Shown piece after piece: positions 37,086 to 46,559 of a stretch of 64,000 bases of DNA; positions within the stretch are counted from its first letter, which is position 1; each line of letters starts with the position of its first letter. The stretch spans positions 10,035-74,034 of the forward strand of contig DFLH01000076.1 in NCBI GenBank assembly GCA_002373695.1, in the 5' to 3' direction. A program made the position numbers and the translations under genes. The notes under the pieces are model-generated. The model ran no database searches, was not told the origin of the DNA, and worked only from the letters and a program-made list of their open reading frames with translations. This DNA is from Verrucomicrobia bacterium UBA3624. GTDB taxonomy: Bacteria > Verrucomicrobiota > Kiritimatiellia > RFP12 > UBA1067.

Positions 37086-38366
37086 ATGGAAATAGCAGGA
37101 TATAGGCCGCGTGTCATCGATGAACGACTCGACATGTATCTTCGTACCTTCGGAGCGGTTTGCGTGGAGGGGCCGAAGTGGTGCGGAAAGACATGGACGT
37201 CGCGCAAGCATTCCGCAAGCGAGTTTCTTGTCGCATCCCCCGCCAAGAATTTCCAGAATCGCAAGCTGCTCGAAATCGACATCAACGCCGCGTTTGCAGG
37301 CGCGGCTCCTCATCTGATCGATGAATGGCAGGAGTTCCCGGAGCTTTGGGATGCAACGCGGGCTTATGTGGATGAGTCAAATGACAAGGGGCGATACATT
37401 CTGACGGGGTCATCGACGCCGAAGCGCAAGGGCGTGATGCATAGCGGTACGGGTCGTATCGCTTCATTGCGGATGCGGCCTATGACGCTTTGGGAGAGCG
37501 GCGAATCCGATGGACTTGTGTCGTTTCGCGATCTTTGCGAGAATCGGTTGGGGGGCGTGGCGCAGGGAAGAACGCCGGAGTTGAAGGATATCGCCGAATG
37601 GATCGTGCGGGGTGGGTGGCCGGAGTCGATTGGCGTGCCAATCAGGGATGCGATGTCGATTCCGCGCGAGTACATCAAGCAGGTTGAAAACAACGACATC
37701 CATCGCATTGATGAAACGCGGCGCGATGTGCATAAGGTGGATTTGCTGCTCAGGTCTTTGGCGCGAAACGAGGCCACTGCGGCTTCGCTGGCGACGCTGT
37801 GCAACGACATTACGGAATATGACGCCGAGTCGGTTGACCCGGATACCGTTTCTTCCTATTTGAATGTGTTGTCGCGGCTGTTTGTCATCGACAACCAGAA
37901 ACCGTTCCATGCGAATGTCCGGTCGAAGGTCCGGATCAAGCAGTCCGAGAAACGGCATCTGTGCGACCCGTCGATCGCCGCGGCTTTGTTGAAGATGACG
38001 CCGGAAAAGGTCATTGGCGACATTCAGTACATGGGATTCCTTTTTGAATCCCTTGTCGAGCGGGATCTTGCGGTTTACGCAGAATGCATGGGAGCGGAAC
38101 TGATGCATTACCAAGATTACCTGAATCGGGAGGTGGACGCGGTTGTCGAGATGGAGGACGGCGAATGGGTCGCGATTGAGATCAAGCTGGGGGCCAGGCA
38201 GGAGGATGCCGCGGCAAAGGGATTGGTCGATCTTCGCGATGCGCTGGCAGCGGAGAAGTTCGGGAAGCCGCCAAAAGCGCTTATCGTGATTCTTGGACAT
38301 TCTGGCGCCGCCTATCGACGAAAGGACGGCGTGCTCGTATGTCCGATTTCGCTGCTCAAGGCCTGA
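37086..38366 (+). CDS. AAA+ ATPase of the AAA_14 + DUF4143 family (second paralog)
   Basis: P-loop GPKWCGKTWT; 426 aa; DUF4143-like C-terminus; divergent paralog of 370-1707. Confidence 0.8.
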   Translation: MEIAGYRPRVIDERLDMYLRTFGAVCVEGPKWCGKTWTSRKHSASEFLVASPAKNFQNRKLLEIDINAAFAGAAPHLIDEWQEFPELWDATRAYVDESNDKGRYILTGSSTPKRKGVMHSGTGRIASLRMRPMTLWESGESDGLVSFRDLCENRLGGVAQGRTPELKDIAEWIVRGGWPESIGVPIRDAMSIPREYIKQVENNDIHRIDETRRDVHKVDLLLRSLARNEATAASLATLCNDITEYDAESVDPDTVSSYLNVLSRLFVIDNQKPFHANVRSKVRIKQSEKRHLCDPSIAAALLKMTPEKVIGDIQYMGFLFESLVERDLAVYAECMGAELMHYQDYLNREVDAVVEMEDGEWVAIEIKLGARQEDAAAKGLVDLRDALAAEKFGKPPKALIVILGHSGAAYRRKDGVLVCPISLLKA

Positions 38367-38431
38367 GAACGTGTGCCCCGTCGCCCTCGCTGCGCACGAG
38401 AATGTAGATGAGGATAACTTTGATGATTGCT

Positions 38432-38537
38432 TTCGCTGCTGGGAGATTAGGAGATCAGGAGTTTCGGAGGTGATTATAAAAAACCTCCAAGCCTCCTAAA
38501 CTCCAAAACTCCTAGTAGCGAAAGCAAATAAGAGGAT
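38432..38537. repeat. Imperfect palindrome of about 105 bp (outer arms TTGCTTTCGCTGCT / AGTAGCGAAAGCAA, inner AGGAG-rich arms around GGAGGTgattataaaaaACCTCC) between convergent genes
   Basis: Read on both strands. Low-complexity GGAG/CTCC-rich sequence, unusual for this genome. Possibly a bidirectional terminator or a structured RNA. Confidence 0.4.
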
Positions 38538-38776
38538 CACAAGGAAGTTAGGAGATGGTGGAGCACCGCGACGTGGCGCCGTGCTGCGCGACACGAAGGG
38601 CGGCGTGCCGCCGGTGCTTGCCGTAAAGCCGGGGATGGCGCCGAACGAACGCGTTGTGGAACTGCGCAACATCGCGGGATGGCAGATCTGCACGATCTTC
38701 TTCGAGTAGCTCGGTTCGTCTTGTCCCGCCAAGGGAGAGTGAAGAACAAAGCTGTATCAATGGGCTTGAGTGTCCC

Positions 38777-39967
38777 TTAGTCGTCGGGCAGTTCGCGGTT
38801 CTGTTTACGGTAGTCACGCATCGAAAGGCCGGTGGACTTCTTGAAGAGAACGGAGAGGTGACTTTCGTTGGCGAAACCGCACTGGCCGATGATTTCACCG
38901 ATAGAGAGATTACTTGACTCAAGCAGCGTCCTCACTCGCGCCAACCTCGTCCGAAGAATGACGTCTCGCACGGAGGCGTTAAGCTGTGTGCGGAAGTGCT
39001 GTTCGACATATCGCCTTGAACATCCTGCGACACGTACCACGTCGCCTACGTCTATACGTCGTTGTGGGGCTTCTGAACGGATGAACCGTAGGGCTCGCGA
39101 AAGAGCAGGATCGCGCATGGCGTCGTAGCCGGTTGATTCGCGCGTTACTATCGAAAGCGGTTCCATTACGACGTTCTTATGCTGGATGGGCCACCCATGT
39201 ATTAGGGCATCAAGCAACTCGGCGGCCTTCTGCCCTCGTCTGAATCCGCCGGTCCGTATCGAGGAGAGCGCCGGTACGGTGGATTCGCAGAGGATAGGGT
39301 CGTTGTCCACGCCCAGCACGGCAATTTCTTCGGGAACGCGTATCTTTGCTTCAGCGCAGGCGTCTAACACCAAACGCGCCCGCCCGTCCATCGCGGCAAA
39401 TATTGCCGTTGGCTTGGGAAGGCCTTGGAGAAATTTGATCATGCGCGGACACTCGGCGTTCCAGCTTCGGCGTTCGCGTCCATTGAATTTGCTGTAAACC
39501 GTGCAGCCGAAACCGGCATTCTTCAAGGTGTCCTCGAAACCTTGTCGTCTCTCGGCGGACCAATGCCTGCCAAGTGTCTCGTCTACGTAAGCGAACGACT
39601 TGTAGCCGCGCTCGAGGTAGTAGTTGCCCGCCAAGACGCCCACGCCGTAGGAGTCCATCTTAACATACGGCACGTTGCGCCATGGGAGCGTATCCGTTGC
39701 TCCCGGTTCGCAGAGGACGACCGGAACGCGAATCGCTGATATTCTGTCATATTCGTCGTGGGAGAGGTTGTGCGCGATCACGCCGTCGATGGCGAGGTCC
39801 TTCAGGGCGATTCCCTGTTCGCCGTCTCGTCCCTCAAGTAGCTGGCAGCGCCAAGGGCCGTGAGTGCGCGCATAGGCGAGAACGCCACGGCAGATGGTAC
39901 GTACGCCCTTCAGTCGGGTTGAAAAGATCATGGCGACTTTCGGTATGCTGCCGTCTGGTTTCTGCAT
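38777..39967 (-). CDS. XylR-like hybrid regulator (PBP-like sugar-binding domain + AraC HTH), third paralog
   Basis: VLGVDNDPILCESTVPALSSI plus the AraC HTH C-terminus (FANESHLSVLFKKSTGLSMRDYR). Confidence 0.75.
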   Translation of the reverse strand: MQKPDGSIPKVAMIFSTRLKGVRTICRGVLAYARTHGPWRCQLLEGRDGEQGIALKDLAIDGVIAHNLSHDEYDRISAIRVPVVLCEPGATDTLPWRNVPYVKMDSYGVGVLAGNYYLERGYKSFAYVDETLGRHWSAERRQGFEDTLKNAGFGCTVYSKFNGRERRSWNAECPRMIKFLQGLPKPTAIFAAMDGRARLVLDACAEAKIRVPEEIAVLGVDNDPILCESTVPALSSIRTGGFRRGQKAAELLDALIHGWPIQHKNVVMEPLSIVTRESTGYDAMRDPALSRALRFIRSEAPQRRIDVGDVVRVAGCSRRYVEQHFRTQLNASVRDVILRTRLARVRTLLESSNLSIGEIIGQCGFANESHLSVLFKKSTGLSMRDYRKQNRELPDD

Positions 39968-40118
39968 GGCGATATTCTACCAGAATAGAATCCGCGAGTG
40001 AAGCCTGTTCGTGCGCAAACGGAAACATTTTAATGCGCAAACAGCTATGGCGGCGTGTCCGGGGAAAGATTAGAATATCAGGAGCAAACCCGAAATAAAG
40101 ACCAGGAAGGAAGCAAGA

Positions 40119-41357
40119 ATGGGTATCTCAAGAAAGAACTTCTTCATTGGCTCCGTTGCTGCAGTCGCGACGATAGGGCTTAAGGCCGCAGACAGTGCCG
40201 GAACGGGCGGGAAGAGGAAAATGATGCAGGGCTTTGACGAGACCGACGCCGGCAAGATCTCCAAAGTGCCATGGAAGCCGTTTTCTGACAGGAAGGTGCG
40301 CGTCGGCATCGCGGGCGAGGGGGTTTGCAACTTCGGCTCGGCTTTCGCATACCAGACGCATCCGAACGCCGAGGTTGTCGCCGTGACGGATCTCAATCCT
40401 GCCAAATGCGCGCTCCTTCAGGAACGTACAGGCGCGAAGAAGACGTATTCGAGCTGCGAGGAGATGATCAAGAACGCCGCCGCCGACAGGCTTGAGGCAA
40501 TCTACATCGCGACCGATGCGCCGAGCCATGCGCGTCTTGCCATCCTGGCGCTTGAGTACGGGCTCCATGTTGCGAGCGCCGTCCCCGCGATTTTCGGCAA
40601 AGACCAGCTTGAGCTTGTCCCGAAGATTGTCGAGGCGGCGAAGAAGAGTGGCCGGCTCTACATGATGAACGAAACGACCGCGTTTCGTCCGCAGTGCTTT
40701 GCCATGCGCCGAATCTTTGAAGCCGGGGCCATGGGTGCCCACGTCTACACGGAGGGTGAATACTTCCACTATTGGGGAGAGAAGGGCATCTCCTCGTACA
40801 ACGGTTGGCGCCACGGACTGCCGCCGCAGTACTACTGCACGCACTCGAACGGATTCTACACCTGCACCACGCACGGCTCCTTCACGGAGGTGACATGCAT
40901 CGGCATCAAGAGCGACTTGCCGGACTTCAAGGACGCAGCGAATGTGTACGGGAATCCCTACGGCAGCGAAGTCGCCCTTTTCAAGACGTCCGACGGCGGT
41001 GCTGCCCGCATGGCGGTTGTCTGGGGCGTGCCTGGATATGGTTGCGAGATGGGGCGTGTCCACGGCTCCAAAGGCAGTTATGCGGCCAAGACCGGAGCGT
41101 ATTGGTACAGCGGGCGGGAGAATGAGCTTTTTGCAAAGCTCGACATCCTCAAGCCGCAGCTTCCGCCCGGCGTTCCGGCAGGGCAGCATGGGGGGTCGCA
41201 TGCCTACCTGACGGACGATTTCCTTCGCGGAATCCTCATCCCAGGGCACAAGATGTGCGTCGATCTGAAGACTGCGCTTGATACGACGGTCGCCGGCATC
41301 TTCGCTCACATGTCCGCGATGAAGGACGGTGAGACGCTCAAGATACCGCAGGTGTAA
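40119..41357 (+). CDS. Gfo/Idh/MocA family oxidoreductase (secreted or Tat/Sec-targeted)
   Basis: Signal-like N-terminus; Rossmann segment VRVGIAGEGVCNFG; family-typical fold length of 412 aa. Confidence 0.7.
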   Translation: MGISRKNFFIGSVAAVATIGLKAADSAGTGGKRKMMQGFDETDAGKISKVPWKPFSDRKVRVGIAGEGVCNFGSAFAYQTHPNAEVVAVTDLNPAKCALLQERTGAKKTYSSCEEMIKNAAADRLEAIYIATDAPSHARLAILALEYGLHVASAVPAIFGKDQLELVPKIVEAAKKSGRLYMMNETTAFRPQCFAMRRIFEAGAMGAHVYTEGEYFHYWGEKGISSYNGWRHGLPPQYYCTHSNGFYTCTTHGSFTEVTCIGIKSDLPDFKDAANVYGNPYGSEVALFKTSDGGAARMAVVWGVPGYGCEMGRVHGSKGSYAAKTGAYWYSGRENELFAKLDILKPQLPPGVPAGQHGGSHAYLTDDFLRGILIPGHKMCVDLKTALDTTVAGIFAHMSAMKDGETLKIPQV

Positions 41358-41393
41358 TTGGCACGAAAAGTGCGATCGCGCATGTGTGCGGGG

Positions 41394-41420
41394 TTGACAG
41401 GAAAGAATCAATCGTATAAT
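41394..41420 (+). promoter_or_regulatory. Promoter TTGACAGGAAAGAAtcaATCGTATAAT upstream of the discoidin-domain gene; a second copy of the same motif is at 46420-46449
   Basis: -35 TTGACA and -10 TATAAT read directly; about 30 of 35 bp shared between the two copies, including the downstream GCAAA. Confidence 0.5.
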
Positions 41421-41452
41421 GTACGCAAAACAGCTAGAGGAAGGAAGAGCCA

Positions 41453-43102
41453 ATGGCTACTGGAAAAACGTTCCACAATAAGATAGCGGATATGCCGAGT
41501 GTGTCTGCAGTCGTATGCCTGGCAGCGTTGTTCGCGGCAACCTCCGCGTTCGCAGAGGCGCCGATCATCGAATTCAGCGGCTACATCAACGGCGTGATGA
41601 ACATCTGGGCCACGAATGCCGTGGTTCCAGCGTCGCGGGTGGTGCAGATGAAGGCCGCGGATGCCGACGATTCGCACTACGCCGATGTCGCGTTTTCGTC
41701 CACGACCTACAAGGACAACAAGAACAACGTATACAACGTCTACTACCTTGAGACGAACTGGGCGGGATCGGCCAGTTTCAGAATCGCGAACGTCGATGGC
41801 TCTTCCGAGCGTACCTATGCTTACGTGGGAGATTTCGAGAACTCCATATCCGCCCGCCCCGTCGCCTTTCTGAACAGCACCTATCACGACGCTTATCCCG
41901 CATCCAACGCAATGGATGGAAATGTCAACACCTACGCCGACGGCAACGATCAGAGGGACGGCAGGATGTTTACGGTCGACTTCGGGGAACGCCGCACGAT
42001 AACGTCCGTACGATGGGTTCTTCGCCGCTTCGGGCAGGACCTGGACCGAACTCGCAACGCCGTGGTGGAGTGTTCCGACTATCCAGATTTCGCCGAAGGC
42101 GTCACCGCCGTTCTGACGATACCTTCTGCGTCGCCCGCCTATCCGGGTTACTTCAAGATCGTGCACGAGCACGTCCTCGATGTACCAAGGACGGCTCGTT
42201 ATTTCCGCTATAGATCAGCTAACGGCACATACGGCTCGCTGGCCGAACTGGAGTTCACCACTAGCGACCACGAGACATTCATGGAGGAACCTTCTGTAGC
42301 CTACTCGGACATCACGAACTTCTACCCGGTCGTTTCCGCAACGCCATACGCAAGCTTCTCGTCGCTTTCGTCCGTGGTGCAGCGCGCTTCGAGCGAAAAC
42401 GGACCTTGGCGCGACGTGAGCGAATGGACGATTGGCCATGGTGTCGTAATCTACACGAACACCGTTGACGCGGTGGGGCTTGCTAGGTTCTACCGTCTTC
42501 GCACCGTGTGCGGACGCGCCGACTCCCTCGGCAAGGTATTGGACGGCCCCGCTGTCCGTGCCATCCGGTATAGGCGCCTAGATCGTTCCTGGGATGACGA
42601 AACCACTCTGCTTCCGCGAGTGGCGATCATGTCGCCCTACAGCGAAGCGTCTTCCAGCGACATCTCCAAAGTTTGCTATGCGTTCGACGGCAAAGCGGAT
42701 ACCGCATCCGATGTGTATCCGACCGATGGCTCGAAGAATCCGGCTATCGGACTCGACTTCGGCAATGTCGGCGTCCACATTTCCTTCGTGCGAGTTCTGC
42801 CACGCAACATCGCTCAGGGACCTGCTCGGCTCAACATGACAAGCCTTTACCTCTGCAATGAAGAAGACTGGTCCGATGCTTTTGATGTGGTAAAAGTTAG
42901 CGGTGTGACGGCGGATGAATGGAAATTGCTCCCCGTAACCCCGCTCGCCGCGCCGAACCGTTTTGTGTGGATAAGTGCTCCGGCAGGTGGCAATAACTCA
43001 TCATGGTGGTACGGCAATGTCGCCGAGTTCCAGATGTTCGGCTGGACCGACGTAGATACCAGAAAGGCCGAGGCGTCCGGCACCACTATCATCTTCAAAT
43101 AG
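41453..43102 (+). CDS. Secreted protein with two F5/8 type C (discoidin)-like carbohydrate-binding domains
   Basis: Signal peptide. NAMDGNVNTYADG..FTVDFGERRTITSVRW and a second AFDGKADTASDVYP..LDFGNVGVHISFVRV segment match the discoidin signature (N.xDGnxxTxW). Confidence 0.65.
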   Translation: MATGKTFHNKIADMPSVSAVVCLAALFAATSAFAEAPIIEFSGYINGVMNIWATNAVVPASRVVQMKAADADDSHYADVAFSSTTYKDNKNNVYNVYYLETNWAGSASFRIANVDGSSERTYAYVGDFENSISARPVAFLNSTYHDAYPASNAMDGNVNTYADGNDQRDGRMFTVDFGERRTITSVRWVLRRFGQDLDRTRNAVVECSDYPDFAEGVTAVLTIPSASPAYPGYFKIVHEHVLDVPRTARYFRYRSANGTYGSLAELEFTTSDHETFMEEPSVAYSDITNFYPVVSATPYASFSSLSSVVQRASSENGPWRDVSEWTIGHGVVIYTNTVDAVGLARFYRLRTVCGRADSLGKVLDGPAVRAIRYRRLDRSWDDETTLLPRVAIMSPYSEASSSDISKVCYAFDGKADTASDVYPTDGSKNPAIGLDFGNVGVHISFVRVLPRNIAQGPARLNMTSLYLCNEEDWSDAFDVVKVSGVTADEWKLLPVTPLAAPNRFVWISAPAGGNNSSWWYGNVAEFQMFGWTDVDTRKAEASGTTIIFK

Positions 43103-43104
43103 CC

Positions 43105-46100
43105 ATGAACAGCAGACTTCCGCGCGGCCGCACCGCGCTCGGTGTCCTTCTCGCGGCGGCCGTTTCGGCTGGATCTGTCCGATCCGACGCCTTCCGCGAA
43201 GGCTTCTCCAACCCTCCGAGAGAGTTCGGACTCCAGGCGTGGTACCACTGGGTGGGAGACTACGTTACCGAAAAAGGCCTCGCGGCGGACATTGCCGCCA
43301 TGGACGATTTCGGAATATGCGCGGCCCACATATTCGGGCCGGGACACTGCCCTCTGCCAGGGAAGGAGACGCCCGGCACTGATCTCTGGTTTGACCGAGT
43401 CGAGTTCGCCGCGAAGGAGGCGGCGAAGCACGGCATCGCGCTCGGCGCGCACAACTGCCCCGGATGGTCAAGCTCCGGCGGACCATGGATAAAGCCGGAA
43501 GATTCGATGAAGATCGTCGTGTCGTCGCAGGTCGATGCGCACGGCGGCTCTGCGCCAGTGCGTGTCCCGCCGCCACCCTCGCTTCACGGCTTCTACCGTG
43601 ACATAGCGGCGTATGCTTTTCCCGTGCCTGAAATTCCAGCGATCGTCTCGGAGAAGGGGGCGTTGGATGTCTTCAGTACCTGGATGGTGGAGTATGCGGC
43701 GCCGTGGTGCCCCAAGTCGCTTTCTTTCGACTTCACCGGTGTCCATTTGTGGGGGCGGATCCGCGTGAGCGCCTCTCCAGATGGTCTCGACTGGGAGGAG
43801 CTCGCCGACCTGAAACTGCACCTTTACCGCGTGCCGCAAGGAGTGCCGTGCATCTACGACCTGCCCGCCGCCAAGAGACCTTGCCGATTCTACAAGGCCG
43901 AGTATCTTGGGCCCTGGCCCGTGGCGAAGACAGACCGCTGGCCTCCTCACCTCACGTCACTGCGCTTTGAAGCGATTAGGCTAGTGCAGGAAGTCCATTG
44001 CCTCAATGGATCGGTGTCCGGCCCAGAATACCGTCCACAAGGTTCCAAACGTGACGAGCAGGGGTTGTCCGAAACCGGCATAATCGAAGTCGCAGGGCGT
44101 GCGCTGCCAGATGGTTCCCTCGAATGCTCGCTGCCTCCTGCCGCATCGCCGTGGCGCATCGTCCGTCTAGGCTACACGACCACCGGCGCGGTCTGCCGTC
44201 CGGCGTCGCGTGGCGCCACAGGGCTTGAGTGCGACAAGCTCTCGCGTCGTGGGCTTGATGCCCACTGGCCGCACATGCCGGCGCGCTTCACCGCAACCTC
44301 TGCCGGACGCGCCGCGTTCCGCACGCTCACCATCGACAGTTACGAGCAGCCGGGGCAAAACTGGACGGAGAATTTTCCGCAGGAGTTCCGCGCACGCCGC
44401 GGGTATCCGATCGGCCGGCGTCTCCTGTGCGTGGTGGGTTATCCCGTGGGAAGCTGGGCCGAGACGGGGCGTTTTCTCTACGATTATTCTCGCACGGTCT
44501 CAGACCTCTTCACGGAGAATTACTACGGCTATTTCACCGAACTCTGCCACAAGGCCGGACTGAAGTCCGTCGCTGAGACATACGGGGCGCCATGCGACAT
44601 CCACCATGCGGCGTCGCTCGTGGACATCCCTGCCGGAGAGATATGGGACTGGAAGAACGGCGACGTGATGAGCCAGTTTTGCACGCTGGCCTCCTCCGCC
44701 GCGCATCTTTCCGGCAAGACGGGCCTCGCCGCCGCCGAGGCTTTCACCAGCTTCTCTCCATTCGCTCGCTACGAAACCACCCCCGCGGACCTCTTCCGCC
44801 GGACAGACGACATCTGGTCGCGCGGTATCAACGACATCATCTACCACAGCTACGTCCACCAACCGTGGATGAATGTCAAACCTGGTACCACCCTCGGCAC
44901 CCACGGCGCGCAACTGAACCGGCACACCACATGGTGGAAAGAAGGGCGCGGCTGGTCGGACTACGTCCGCCGCGGACAATATCTCCTGCGCGCGGGGTAT
45001 TCCTGTCCCGATCTACTCGTATTCGCCGGCGAGACTCATTCTTCTGGCCTTAACATCCGCATCCCCGGTGTTGAACATGACCTGGTGGGGTCACGGGATA
45101 TCTGGCGGCTCGAAAATACGCCGGACGGCAGATTGCGCCTGCCTGGCAGCGGAACGTCGTATCCGGCTTTGTTCATGGGATATGTTGGTCACGTTACGAT
45201 CCGCACGCTTGAAGCGATGAAACGACTGCTTGACGGCGGAGCGTCAATCGCGGCGACGCCTCCTACGGACACGCCGTCTCTTTCCGACGACCTTTCCCGC
45301 TGGAAAGAACTGAGGGAATCGATTTGGGGAACGGACGCCAAACCCTTCGACGGTGTGCGTATCGTGGGCAAAGGACGGCTTGTGTGCGCGAGCGACGTCC
45401 GTGCTGCGATGTCGGCCCTCGGGCTGGAGGGTGCCGTTCAGAATGCCGACACTCTCGCCCGCATCCACCGCCGATCCGGCAATCACGAAATCTACTACCT
45501 CTACAATCGGAGCACGAACGAAACCTTCTGCTCGTCCATCTCATTTGCCATCCCCAAGGGTCTGTCCCCAGAGATATGGGATGCAAGAACAGGCGTCATT
45601 AAACCATTGCTTTCGGAGCAAACCAACAGCCATGTTTCCATTTCTCTGAAAATCCAACCAAACAAAGGTATATTTGTCGTATTCTCCCATCTCAACAAGG
45701 GTTTGTCCCCACAAAGTGGGGGTCTGTCCCCACAAGGAGAGGGTCTGTCCCCACAAGGAGAGGGTCTGTCCCCACGGGGGAATGAAGTTGTAGACATTTC
45801 AAAAGAATGGATGGTGGAATTCTCGGGATTGGGAGCGCCCAAGGGGATTTTCAAGTTTCCCGTTCTCGCCTCGTGGAGCGAACACGAAATCGACGGCATA
45901 CGCTACCTTGCCGGGCATGGCATATATCGCCGTAAATTCGTATTCGCCCACAAAAAAGAAAAGAACACAAGATGGACACTTGACCTCGGCGAAGTTCGGG
46001 ACGTCGCGTCCGTTTCTCTAAATGGCGGCAAAAGCATCTGCCTTCTTGAACCGCCTTACAGAATTGACGCAACCGATTTGCTCGTGCAAGGCGAGAACAC

Positions 46101-46356
46101 CATCGAAATAGATGTCGTGAACTGCTGGCCCAATCGGCTGATTGGAGATGCACGGGCGCGGGCGTCAGGTCGGGCGCCAGAACCGCGGTCTCCGCTCGGC
46201 AACTGGCCGGACTGGGTGATCGAAGACAAGGTAAGGACAACGGCGCCTTTCACATGGAGTACCTATCGTGATGCCTATTCGGCTTCGGACGCCTTGCTGC
46301 CGGCCGGCATGCTCGGGCCGGTAATCCTGCGTCCTCTTGCCGTCAGGTCCTTGTGA
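43105..46356 (+). CDS. Large glycoside hydrolase, GH106-like (alpha-L-rhamnosidase-type N-terminal signature)
   Basis: Signal peptide. N-terminal FSNPPREFGLQAWYHWVGDYVTEKGLAADIAAMDDFGI matches the GH106 family start (F.NPP..YR..PFW.WNG..T.EGI..DLEAMK..GIGG). 1084 aa. Confidence 0.6.
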   Translation: MNSRLPRGRTALGVLLAAAVSAGSVRSDAFREGFSNPPREFGLQAWYHWVGDYVTEKGLAADIAAMDDFGICAAHIFGPGHCPLPGKETPGTDLWFDRVEFAAKEAAKHGIALGAHNCPGWSSSGGPWIKPEDSMKIVVSSQVDAHGGSAPVRVPPPPSLHGFYRDIAAYAFPVPEIPAIVSEKGALDVFSTWMVEYAAPWCPKSLSFDFTGVHLWGRIRVSASPDGLDWEELADLKLHLYRVPQGVPCIYDLPAAKRPCRFYKAEYLGPWPVAKTDRWPPHLTSLRFEAIRLVQEVHCLNGSVSGPEYRPQGSKRDEQGLSETGIIEVAGRALPDGSLECSLPPAASPWRIVRLGYTTTGAVCRPASRGATGLECDKLSRRGLDAHWPHMPARFTATSAGRAAFRTLTIDSYEQPGQNWTENFPQEFRARRGYPIGRRLLCVVGYPVGSWAETGRFLYDYSRTVSDLFTENYYGYFTELCHKAGLKSVAETYGAPCDIHHAASLVDIPAGEIWDWKNGDVMSQFCTLASSAAHLSGKTGLAAAEAFTSFSPFARYETTPADLFRRTDDIWSRGINDIIYHSYVHQPWMNVKPGTTLGTHGAQLNRHTTWWKEGRGWSDYVRRGQYLLRAGYSCPDLLVFAGETHSSGLNIRIPGVEHDLVGSRDIWRLENTPDGRLRLPGSGTSYPALFMGYVGHVTIRTLEAMKRLLDGGASIAATPPTDTPSLSDDLSRWKELRESIWGTDAKPFDGVRIVGKGRLVCASDVRAAMSALGLEGAVQNADTLARIHRRSGNHEIYYLYNRSTNETFCSSISFAIPKGLSPEIWDARTGVIKPLLSEQTNSHVSISLKIQPNKGIFVVFSHLNKGLSPQSGGLSPQGEGLSPQGEGLSPRGNEVVDISKEWMVEFSGLGAPKGIFKFPVLASWSEHEIDGIRYLAGHGIYRRKFVFAHKKEKNTRWTLDLGEVRDVASVSLNGGKSICLLEPPYRIDATDLLVQGENTIEIDVVNCWPNRLIGDARARASGRAPEPRSPLGNWPDWVIEDKVRTTAPFTWSTYRDAYSASDALLPAGMLGPVILRPLAVRSL
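45699..45782 (+). repeat. Four tandem 21-bp repeats (GGGTCTGTCCCCACAAGGAGA) inside the GH106-like coding sequence, encoding (GLSPQGE)n
   Basis: Units at 45699, 45720, 45741 and 45762; the two middle units are identical. In-frame, giving LSPQSGGLSPQGEGLSPQGEGLSPRGNE. Confidence 0.85.
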
Positions 46357-46419
46357 CGGGGAAAAGGCGCACTACGGCTTCCATCGCCTCGCGTGGGTGG
46401 ATGTGAGGCGAACTCGGAA

Positions 46420-46449
46420 TTGACAGGAAAGAAATCGCGATCGTATAAT
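46420..46449 (+). promoter_or_regulatory. Second copy of the TTGACAGGAAAGAA...CGTATAAT promoter motif, not followed by an intact gene
   Basis: -35 TTGACA 46420-46425, 18-nt spacer, -10 TATAAT 46444-46449; followed about 110 bp later by a GH5 3' fragment. Confidence 0.45.
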
Positions 46450-46559
46450 ATGTGCAAATTTCGGCTTGCGGGAGAAGGCTGGAATGTGATATGACAGCCT
46501 CATGTATAATCTAATCAGCTAAAGTCTGCGCGCCGCGTCCGGCACCGGGCACCGAGCGG

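Noticed and set aside
40128-41453. 441-aa minus-strand ORF
   Set aside because: Antisense to the Gfo/Idh/MocA oxidoreductase gene; no features.
45690-45790. Considered whether the 21-bp repeats are a CRISPR-like array
   Set aside because: The units are directly adjacent with no spacers, in frame, and inside a long coding sequence; no other repeat-spacer structure was found in the window.
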